Source: Mustelus asterias (lineage: Eukaryota). Taken from it: DNA of 64,000 bases. Under the pieces are notes generated by a model. The model ran no database searches, was not told where the DNA came from, and was given only the letters and a program-made list of their open reading frames with translations. Shown piece after piece: positions 1-9,392 of this stretch. Both the position numbers and the translations under genes were made by a program. Location: NCBI RefSeq assembly GCF_964213995.1, contig NC_135830.1, forward strand, positions 13,578,001 to 13,642,000, read 5' to 3'. Every line of letters begins with the position of its first letter. Position 1 is the first letter of the stretch.

Positions 1-47
1 AGAAAGTTGGTGGTTTGTTCCGGCCCCCGTCTATTTTCTTGCGTTAT

Positions 48-390
48 TTGTGGCCTGGGGGGCATCCCCCCTGGATAAAGTCACCCCCGGGGGGTGTGAC
101 ATCCACTTGGGGAAAGTTCTGGGTGGTGAAGCCCCGGACATAGTAACACCAGAGGGATTTTATTCTCCGGGAGAAAAATTGGGAAGGCAGGCCCGAACTG
201 AGTACCCTGGAGAGACTCTCCCACCGCCCCGGCTGAAAATCCGGAACGGATTCCGGATTGAGTAGGTTCGGGGTGGTTTCCCCATTTCCCCCCTCCGGCT
301 GAACATCCGTAAGGTGTAACCCCCGGATATGAGTACCACTGGAGGGTTGCATCCCCCGGCAGGTGGACAAACCCAGGGGACGGTGCCCTT
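48..390 (+). ncRNA. Structured RNA-like module A (also ~1923-2268, ~3792-4137)
   Basis: Nested inverted repeats closed by CCTGGG/CCCAGG; internal GAAA/GAGTA loops. Confidence 0.45.
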
Positions 391-662
391 ATGCTTCAGT
401 GTTTATTTTTTGTTGTGTACAGTTGTAGTGTTGTGTTAATGTTTGTAGATTTGTAGATTATGATTTGTAAATGGAGGTGTATTTTGAGGGCAATGCCCTG
501 GAAAACTGTAATTGATGATGAACCCTTCCGAAATGGAAGGTAGTAATTGATAAATGGATGGTGTTAGCCATCGGTAATGTATTTTTCAGATTTGTTCTTT
601 GTTCATTTGTAATTGTTTTGTAATATCGTGTTTGTACTAACCAACGGAAAATCTTTGCATTG

Positions 663-1012
663 TTTGTGGCCTGGGGGGTATCCCCCCCCCCCCCCCCCCC
701 GGATAGAGTGACCCCCGGGGGGTGTGACATCCAGTTGGGGAAAGTGTCCGGGGCACCCAGAGGGGTAACACCGGGGGGGGTTTTGTTCTCCGGGAGAAAA
801 ATTGGGAAGGCAGGCCGAATTGAGTATCCCGGAGAGCTTTTCCCACCGCCCCAGCCGAAAATCCGGAAGGCAGTCCGGATTGAGTAGGTTCGGGGTGGTT
901 TTCCTGTCCCTCCGCCTCCAGCCGAATATCCGTCAGGTGGAACCCCCGGACCTGAGTACCTCTGGAGGGTTGCATCCCCCGGCAGGGGAAAAACCCAGGA
1001 GGCGGTGCCCTG
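663..1012 (+). ncRNA. Structured RNA-like module B, diverged paralogue of A (also ~2541-2880, ~4408-4757)
   Basis: CTCCGGGA-GAAA...GAGTA-TCCCGGAG (788-834); AGCC-GAAA-ATCCGGA..TCCGGAT-T-GAGTA-GGTT (853-890). Confidence 0.45.
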
Positions 1013-1289
1013 GAGGGCGGCGGATATGCTGCAATGTTTATTCTTGTTATGTTGTACTAATGTTTGTCACTTTGTAGATTATGATTTGTAATTGGAGGTG
1101 TATTGAGAGGGCAATGCCCTGGAAAAATATGACCGTTAGTGAACCCTTCCGAAATAGAAGATAGTAACTGATAAATGGATGGCGTTAGCCATTGGTAATG
1201 TATTTTTTTCACATTTGTTCTTTGTGTATTTGTAACTGTTTTGCATTAACGTATTTGTAATAAACAAAAAGAAACCAACATCTGTGAGT

Positions 1290-1400
1290 GGGAAAGATTG
1301 GATTGTCCAGCCAGTCCACCATATTGGCCGTTCGCTTTGCGTGTTGGCCAGTATAGTGTGCTCCAGGCAGGGGGCGGGCAGAGGATAAGGAGTTCAAGGC
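1290..1400 (+). promoter_or_regulatory. Pol II promoter-like 5' end of array unit (also 3159-3270)
   Basis: ATTGG (reverse CCAAT) twice, GGGGCGGG GC box, then GATAAG; motif-level evidence only. Confidence 0.4.
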
Positions 1401-3143
1401 GGGCTTAATGCGCGCCTTGCGGTGAGCTTTTGGAAATGTGGCCGCTGGGAGGAACGCCTTGGTCGGCGTGAAGTTTCTGTTTCAAGTGCTTGGGTTCGTG
1501 ACTTGTGCAAGAACTTTTTGTTTCGGCTGGGGCTTGTTGAATGCTGCTCTCGCTGGGATTCCTGTGCCTTGAAAGGCGTGGCCCAGGTAGATGCAATCTC
1601 GGAAGACCCAAGCCAGGGAGGAGCCATTTGGGAACTATGGTTTCGGAAGGTTCAGCCGCGGAAGGTGTGACCCCAGACGGTGCAGCCCCAGTGGGTGTGA
1701 TTTTGGAAGTTCTGGCCCGGAGTGGTGGACTTTGGAGGACTGTAGTTGAGCGTTGTCGACTTCGGACGGTGGAATGTTGATGGGCGAAGCTCTGGACGGC
1801 GATGCCTCCGAAATGTTTCACAATTGTATGGTTGTTCATGGATTGTTTGTTATTGTAATATGTGGTTTTCCTGTTATGATAGTTGGTGGTTTGTTCCGGC
1901 CCCCGTCTATTTTCTTGCGTTATTTGTGGCCTGGGGGGCATCCCCCCCTGGATAAAGTCACCCCCGGGGGGGTGTGACATCCACTTGGGGAAAGTTCTGG
2001 GTGGTGAAGCCCCGGACATAGTAACACCAGAGGGATTTCTATTCTCCGGGAGAAAAATTGGGAAGGCAGGCCCGAACTGAGTAACCTGGAGAGACTCTCC
2101 CACCGCCCCGGCTGAAATTCCGGAAGGGATTCCGGATTGAGTAGGCGGGGTGGTTTCCCCCATTTCCCCCCTCCGGCTGAACATCCGTAAGGTGTAACCC
2201 CCGGATATGAGTACCACTGGAGGGTTGCATCCCCCGGCAGGTGGACAAACCCAGGGGACGGTGCCCTTATGCTTCAGTGTTTATTTTTTGTTGTGTACAG
2301 TTGTAGTGTCGTGTTAATGTTTGTAGATTTGTAGATTATGATTTGTAAATGGAGGTGTATTTTGAGGGCAATGCCCTGGAAAACTGTAATTGATGATGAA
2401 CCCTTCCGAAATGGAAGGTAGTAATTGATAAATGGATGGTGTTAGCCATCGGTAATGTATTTTTCAGATTTGTTCTTTGTTCATTTGTAATTGTTTTGTA
2501 ATATCGTGTTTGTGCTAACCAACGGAAAATCTTTGCACTGTTTGTGGCCTGGGGGGTATCCCCCCCCTGGATAGAGTGACCCCCGGGGGGTGTGACATCC
2601 AGTTGGGGAAAGTGTCCGGGGCACCCAGAGGGGTAACACCGGGGGGGTATTGTTCTCCGGGAGAAAAATTGGGAAGGCAGGCCGAATTGAGTATCCCGGA
2701 GAGCTTTTCCCACCGCCCCAGCCGAAAATCCGGAAGGCAGTCCGGATTGAGTAGGTTCGGGGTGGTTTTCCTGTCCCCCCGCCTCCAGTCGAACATCCGT
2801 CAGGTGGAACCCCCGGACCTGAGTACCTCTGGAGGGTTGCATCCCCCGGCAGGGGAAAAACCCAGGGGACGGTGCCCTTATGCTTCAGTGTTTATTTTTT
2901 TGTTGTGTACAGTTGTAGTGTTGTGTTAATGTTTGTAGATTTGTAGATTATGATTTGTAAATGGAGGTGTATTTTGAGGGCAATGCCCTGGAAAACTGTA
3001 ATTGACGATGAACCCTTCCGAAATGGAAGGTAGTAACTGATAAATGGATGGCGTTAGCCATTGGTAATGTATTTTTTTCACATTTGTTCTTTGTGTATTT
3101 GTAACTGTTTTGCATTAACGTATTTGTAATAAACAAAAAGAAA
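1290..3143 (+). mobile_element. Putative non-autonomous retroposon, complete copy
   Basis: Flanked by CCAACATCTGTGAGT (1275-1289, 3144-3158); ends AATAAACAAAAAGAAA; no credible ORF. Confidence 0.6.
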
Positions 3144-3158
3144 CCAACATCTGTGAGT

Positions 3159-5019
3159 GGGAAAGATTGGATTGTCCAGCCAGTCCACCATATTGGCCGT
3201 TCGCTTTGCGTGTTGGCCAGTATAGTGTGCTCCAGGCAGGGGGCGGGCAGAGGATAAGGAGTTCAAGGCGGGCTTAATGCGCGCCTTGCGGTGAGCTTTT
3301 GGAAATGTGGCCGCTGGGAGGAACGCCTTGGTCGGCGTGAAGTTTCTGTTTCAAGTGCTTGGGTTCGTGACTTGTGCAAGAACTTTTTGTTTCGGCTGGG
3401 GCTTGTTGAATGCTGCTCTCGCTGGGATTCCTGTGCCTTGAAAGGCGTGGCCCAGGTAGATGCAATCTCGGAAGACCCAAGCCAGGGAGGAGCCATTTGG
3501 GAACTATGGTTTCGGAAGTTTCAGCCGCGGAAGGTGTGACCCCAGACGGTGCAGCCCCAGTGGGTGTGATTTTGGAAGATCTGGCCCGGAGTGGTGGACT
3601 TTGGAGGACTGTAGTTGAGCGTTGTCGACTTCGGACGGTGGAATGTTGATGGGCGAAGCTCTGGAAGGCGATGCCTCCGAAATGTTTCACAATTGTATGG
3701 TTGTTCATGGATTGTTTGTTATTGTAATATGTGGTTTTCCTGTTAAGAAAGTTGGTGGTTTGTTCCGGCCCCCGTCTATTTTCTTGCGTTATTTGTGGCC
3801 TGGGGGGCATCCCCCCTGGATAAAGTCACCCCCGGGGGGTGTGACATCCACTTGGGGAAAGTTCTGGGTGGTGAAGCCCCGGACATAGTAACACCAGAGG
3901 GATTTTATTCTCCGGGAGAAAAATTGGGAAGGCAGGCCCGAACTGAGTACCCTGGAGAGACTCTCCCACCGCCCCGGCTGAAAATCCGGAACGGATTCCG
4001 GATTGAGTAGGTTCGGGGTGGTTTCCCCATTTCCCCCCTCCGGCTGAACATCCGTAAGGTGTAACCCCCGGATATGAGTACCACTGGAGGGTTGCATCCC
4101 CCGGCAGGTGGACAAACCCAGGGGACGGTGCCCTTATGCTTCAGTGTTTATTTTTTGTTGTGTACAGTTGTAGTGTTGTGTTAATGTTTGTAGATTTGTA
4201 GATTATGATTTGTAAATGGAGGTGTATTTTGAGGGCAATGCCCTGGAAAACTGTAATTGATGATGAACCCTTCCGAAATGGAAGGTAGTAATTGATAAAT
4301 GGATGGTGTTAGCCATCGGTAATGTATTTTTCAGATTTGTTCTTTGTTCATTTGTAATTGTTTTGTAATATCGTGTTTGTACTAACCAACGGAAAATCTT
4401 TGCATTGTTTGTGGCCTGGGGGGTATCCCCCCCCCCCCCCCCCCCGGATAGAGTGACCCCCAGGGGGTGTGACATCCAGTTGGGGAAAGTGTCCGGGGCA
4501 CCCAGAGGGGTAACACCGGGGGGGGTTTTGTTCTCCGGGAGAAAAATTGGGAAGGCAGGCCGAATTGAGTATCCCGGAGAGCTTTTCCCACCGCCCCAGC
4601 CGAAAATCCGGAAGGCAGTCCGGATTGAGTAGGTTCGGGGTGGTTTTCCTGTCCCTCCGCCTCCAGCCGAATATCCGTCAGGTGGAACCCCCGGACCTGA
4701 GTACCTCTGGAGGGTTGCATCCCCCGGCAGGGGAAAAACCCAGGAGGCGGTGCCCTGGAGGGCGGCGGATATGCTGCAATGTTTATTCTTGTTATGTTGT
4801 ACTAATGTTTGTCACTTTGTAGATTATGATTTGTAATTGGAGGTGTATTGAGAGGGCAATGCCCTGGAAAAATATGACCGTTAGTGAACCCTTCCGAAAT
4901 AGAAGATAGTAACTGATAAATGGATGGCGTTAGCCATTGGTAATGTATTTTTTTCACATTTGTTCTTTGTGTATTTGTAATTGTTTTGTATTAACGTATT
5001 TGTGATAAACAAAAAGAAA
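3159..5019 (+). mobile_element. Putative non-autonomous retroposon, last copy of the array
   Basis: Followed by ccaacatcagagagtaaaacactttc, i.e. host sequence paralogous to 46625-46916 (inverted). Confidence 0.6.
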
Positions 5020-5916
5020 CCAACATCAGAGAGTAAAACACTTTCTTTTCTCCCCCTTTCCATTTCTTTTCTCATTCTGGGGGAAATTGGGGACTTGCAG
5101 CAACTGAAGGGAAAGGAAGTGAATCCAGGGAGGCTGCAGACTCTGGAAAGGTTGGCCCAGGTCTCTCTCTCTTAAAGACATTGACATCCTTTGCTCCCTC
5201 AGCTTGACCCATTTATTTGTCTGGCTATAAGGATGGTCTCTTTCCCAATGTTCACAATTAAAGGGCTGGTTTCCCCAGGAGATGGCTGACATTTAAGGGG
5301 ACAGTAAATTAATATAGGACAGAGATATGTCCAGTGTTGTTATGTCAGCCAGGTTTATTCCTGGTCCTGCAATAAATGCATTTATCATTCCAATCTTGTC
5401 ATATTGTACTGTAGCTACATTATATATTTCCAGTTATAGAGTCATTACAGCACAGAAGGAGTCCATTGGACAACTCTAGTCCATGCTGACTCTCACAGTA
5501 ACTTCATAGATTGTTTGCACTTTTTTCATGATTTTCAAGTGACTTCATTGCAGTGTTAATGTAAGCCTCCTTGTGACACTAATTAATAATCAATCAAAAC
5601 TAAACTATAAACCGCCTTGGCGAACACTTACCCGAAGATCAGAGGCTGAATGCCCTTGATCTTCGGGTAAATGTTCTCCAAGGCGGCCTTCAAGACTCAT
5701 GACAGTGCAGAATCGCTGAGCAGAAACTGATAGCCAAGTTCCGCACACATGAGGACGGTCTCAACCAGGATCTTGGGTTCATGTCACACTATCTGTAACC
5801 CCCACAACTTGCTGGGCTTGCGAAATCTCACTAACTGTCCTGGCTTGAGACAATTCAGTAAGAAGTTTAACAACACCAGGTTAAAGTCCAACAGGTTTAT
5901 TTGGTCACAAAAGCCA

Positions 5917-5953
5917 CACAAGCTTTCGGAGCTCTAAGCCCCTTCTTCAGGTG
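5917..5953 (-). ncRNA. Minimal type I hammerhead ribozyme (Penelope)
   Basis: cac-CTGAAGA-a-ggggc(ttaga)gctcc-GAAA-gc-TT-gtg. Confidence 0.75.
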
Positions 5954-6239
5954 AGTGGGAATTCTGTTCACAAACAGGGCATATAAAGACACAGACTCAA
6001 TTTACAGGAATAATGGTTGGAATGTGAATACTTACAACTAATCAAGTCTTTAAGATACAAACAACGTGAGACAATTGAGACAACATTGAGACAATTCACA
6101 CCTCTTTAACCTGTGCTTAACCCTCTCTCCACTCACATTGTACCTGGAAAGACTTGATTACCTGTTAAGACTCGCATTCCAACTATTATAATGGAGTTTG
6201 TGTCTATATATGCCCTGTTTGCGAACCAAATCCTGCACA

Positions 6240-6274
6240 CAGCTGATGAAGGAGCAGTGCTCCGAAAGCTCCTG
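6240..6274 (+). ncRNA. Minimal type I hammerhead ribozyme (Penelope)
   Basis: cag-CTGATGA-a-ggagc(agt)gctcc-GAAA-gc-TC-ctg. Confidence 0.8.
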
Positions 6275-6371
6275 CTACTAATAAACCTGTTGGACTTTAA
6301 CCTGGTGTTGTGAAACTTCTTACTTAGACTGGGTGTCTACCCCAGTCCAACGCCGACATCTTCACATCCAG

Positions 6372-7878
6372 GACAGGAAGCAGTGAGTATGGATCTGTCA
6401 ATCAGCCTGAATCAGCACCTTTCGAAGAATTGGTAGGGTGAATATTAGATACAGCAGAGTGAGAATGGAGGGAGAGTGTGTGGGATGGAGATTTACAGCT
6501 TTTGGGGAATGACAGAGGAAAGAATGTTCCATAGAAACGAGAATTGTCTGTTCTGAATTTCTATCCTGTACTAACACTGATGAATGTTATAAACTCCTTT
6601 TACAGGATAGATTTGCAGAAGATGAGGATTTACAGGCAGAAATTTCAAATCAAACAACACATCAAGACCTGACAGAGTTATTCATTTGATCAGGACCTGA
6701 ATATCATTGGCCTTTGAATCTAAAAGGAGAAATCTTTTTCTGTTCTGTCTGCTTCAGAATTATTTTTTAACATAAATGTAACTGAAAAATCACTGAGACA
6801 CAGATACACCCGAGTGAGTGTGTTCCAGTGTACTGTGTGTGGGAAGAGATTTAACCAGTTACACAGCCTGAAAATACATCGCAGCATTCACAGCGGGAGA
6901 GACTGTACCCGTGTTCTGTGTGAGATTTAACTGATTGTTTAACCTGGAGAGTCACAAGTACACCCGCACCAGGGGGAAACCGTGGAAATGTGGGGACTGT
7001 GGGAGGCGATTCAGGGTCCCATCACGGCTGGAATCTCATCGACACATTCACACTGGGGAGCGGCCATTCACCTGCTCTGTGTGCGGGAAGAGATTCACTC
7101 AGTTATCCAGCCTGCAGAGACACAATCTCACACACCAATGAGGGATCCTTTAAATGCTCTGACTGTAGGATTGGCTTCAAAACCTCTGGAGAACCAGTGT
7201 CCCACCAGGTGTCACACTGAGGAGAGACCGTTCAGCTGCTCTCACTGCAGAAAGAGGTTTAAAAGCTCATCCAATCTGCAGAGACACCAGCGAGTTCACA
7301 CTGGGGAGAGACCGTTCACCCGTTCTGACTGTGGGAAGGGATTCACTCAGTTCTCCCACCTGCTGAGTCATAATCTCACTCACACCAATGAGACCCTTTA
7401 AATGCTCTGACTGTGGGAGCAGATTCAAAAGCTCTGGAGAACTGGTGTCCCACCAGCGAGTTCACACTGGGGAGAGACCATTCACCTGCTCTTTGTGTGG
7501 GAAGGGATTCACTCAGTCATCCAGCCTGCTCAGACACAAAGTCACTCACACCAATCTGAGGCCTTTCAAATGCTCTGACTGTGGAAGTGACTTCAAAAGC
7601 TCTGACGAGCTGATGTCCCACCAGCGCATTCACACTGAGGAGAGACCGTTCAGCTGCTCTCACTGCTCAAAGAGGTTTAGAATATCTTCAGCACTGCTGA
7701 AACACCAGCGAGTTCACACTGGGGAGCTGCTCTCAGTGTGGGAAGGGATTCACTCAGTCATCCAACCCATGGGTACTTCAGTGAGTTCACACTGGGCAGA
7801 GGTTGGTCACCTGCTCTGACTGGGAAGGGATTCACTCAGTCAGCAAACTTGGTGAAACACCAGCGAGTTCACAAGTGA
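6372..7878 (+). pseudogene. C2H2 zinc-finger pseudogene (small exon ~6372-6438, main exon from ~6607)
   Basis: Finger array with HTGERPF linkers split over three frames (6935-7141, 6982-7401, 7388-7819). Confidence 0.85.
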
Positions 7879-8394
7879 TTACAGTTCTGGGATTATTCTT
7901 GTGAATCTTTCTTGCCCATTCTCCAGTGCCTCTGTTTCCTTTTTCTAAATGGAGATCACAAATAGAACATAGAACAGTACAGCACAGGAACAGACCCTTC
8001 AGCCCACGATGTTGTGTCGAACATGATGCCAAATTAAACTATTCCTTTCTGCCTGCCCTTGGTCCATATTCCTCTATTCCTTACAAATTCATGTGCTTAT
8101 CTAAAAGCCCCTATTGTATCTGCCTCCACCACCACCCCTGGCAGTACAGGAAATCCCTGTAACTCTTTCCTCCCCAGCTGTTGCTAAACCTCAGACTCTG
8201 CCTGTCATTCTGCTAATTAACCCAGAACCCCTTCCACACCATTTGTTAGTGGGTTGCTCCGACAAGGTGGCAATTATACTCCGGAAACCAATGTCACAGT
8301 ATAAAGGTAAAACTTTATTAAAAACCAGTGATCAATGGGAGAAATTATATTGATGGTCTCAGATACAGAATACCCAGACCGTTCTAATGTAATC

Positions 8395-9128
8395 ATAAGA
8401 CCATAAGATATAGGAGCAGAATTAGGCCATTTGGCCCGTCAAATCTGCTCTGCCATTCAATCATGGCTGATCTGATTCTTGTCCCCATTCTCCTGTCTTC
8501 TCCCCGTAACCCTTGATCCAGCTATTAATCAAGAACCTGCCTATCTCTGTCTTAAAGACACTCAATGACCTGGTCTTCACAGCTCTCCTTCCAAAGATTC
8601 ACCACTCTGGCTGAAGAAATTCCTCCTCATCTGTTTTAAAGGATAATCCCTTCACTTTGAGGTTGTGCCCTCGAGTTCTCGACTCTCCCACTAGTGGAAA
8701 CATCCTCTCCACGTCCACTCTCTCCAGGTCTCTCAGTATTCTGTAAGTTTCAATTAGATCCCCCCCCCCCTCATCCTTCCAAACTCCAATGAGTACAGAC
8801 CCAGAGTCCTCAACCGTTCCTCATATGACAAGCTCTTCATTCCAGGGATCATTCTTGTGAACCTCCTCTGGACCCCTTCTCAGGCCAGCACATCCTTCCT
8901 TAGATAAGGGGCCCAAAACTGCTCACAATACTCCAAATGGAGTCTGACCAGAGCCTTATACAGCCTCAGAAGTACATCCCTGCTCTTGTATTCTAGCCCT
9001 CTCGACATGAATGCTAACATTGCATTTGCCTTCCAAACTGTCAACTGAACCTGCATGTTAACCTTAAGAGAGTCCTGGACCAGAACTTACAAGTCCCTTT
9101 GTGCTTCTGATTTCCTAAGCATTTCCCC
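8395..9128 (-). mobile_element. CR1 (HER1-like) LINE 3' fragment
   Basis: (ACCATAAG)n tail and degenerate RT C-terminus like 39182-40127. Confidence 0.85.
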
Positions 9129-9129
9129 A

Positions 9130-9392
9130 GACCACAATCCCATCAGGCCCTATCCCCATAACACCACTTATTTACCCTGCTCGTTCCGCTGACATGAAGG
9201 GACAATTTGCTATGGCCAATCAACCTAACCTGCCAATCTTGGACTGAGGGAAGAAACTGGAGCACCCGGAGGAAACCCACACAGACATGGGGAAAATGTG
9301 CAAACTCCACACAGACAGTCACCCAAGGCCAGAATTGAACCCGAGTCCTTGGCGCTGTGAGGCAGCAGTGCTAACCACTGTGCCACCATGCC
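9130..9392 (-). mobile_element. HE1-type tRNA-derived SINE
   Basis: Reverse complement of GGTGGCACAGTGGTTAGCACTGCTGCCTCACAGCGCCA head. Confidence 0.85.

Larger units (their letters stand above)
1..5034 (+). repeat. Tandem array of a ~1.87-kb non-coding unit (partial unit 1-1274, units 1290-3143 and 3159-5019), with 3745-bp higher-order period
   Basis: Junction 15-mer recurs at 1275, 3144 and (2 mismatches) 5020; sequence at 44 recurs at 3789; array runs off the left edge. Confidence 0.95.
5611..6367. mobile_element. Penelope-like element 3' region/pseudo-LTR with inverted segments
   Basis: Homologous to the GIY-YIG-bearing copy at 26150-26960; hammerhead motifs in both orientations. Confidence 0.8.

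Noticed and set aside
510-555. TGATGA...GAAA as hammerhead, C/D box or SECIS
   Set aside because: No helix II between the motifs and TGATGA is absent in the 1136 variant; loop-E hairpin fits better
682-700. Poly-C/G length variation as a functional switch (also 62309, 62649)
   Set aside because: Homopolymer lengths are unstable and error-prone in assemblies
735-1000. Resemblance of module B to RNase P/MRP RNA (GGAAAG..TCCGGG, GGTAAC, AAACCC)
   Set aside because: Only short motifs; P4 partner and other conserved regions not convincing; needs cmsearch
44-4822. Many ORFs in the tandem array, including 270 aa at 1405-2217
   Set aside because: Frames differ between copies through homopolymer indels; no recognisable domain
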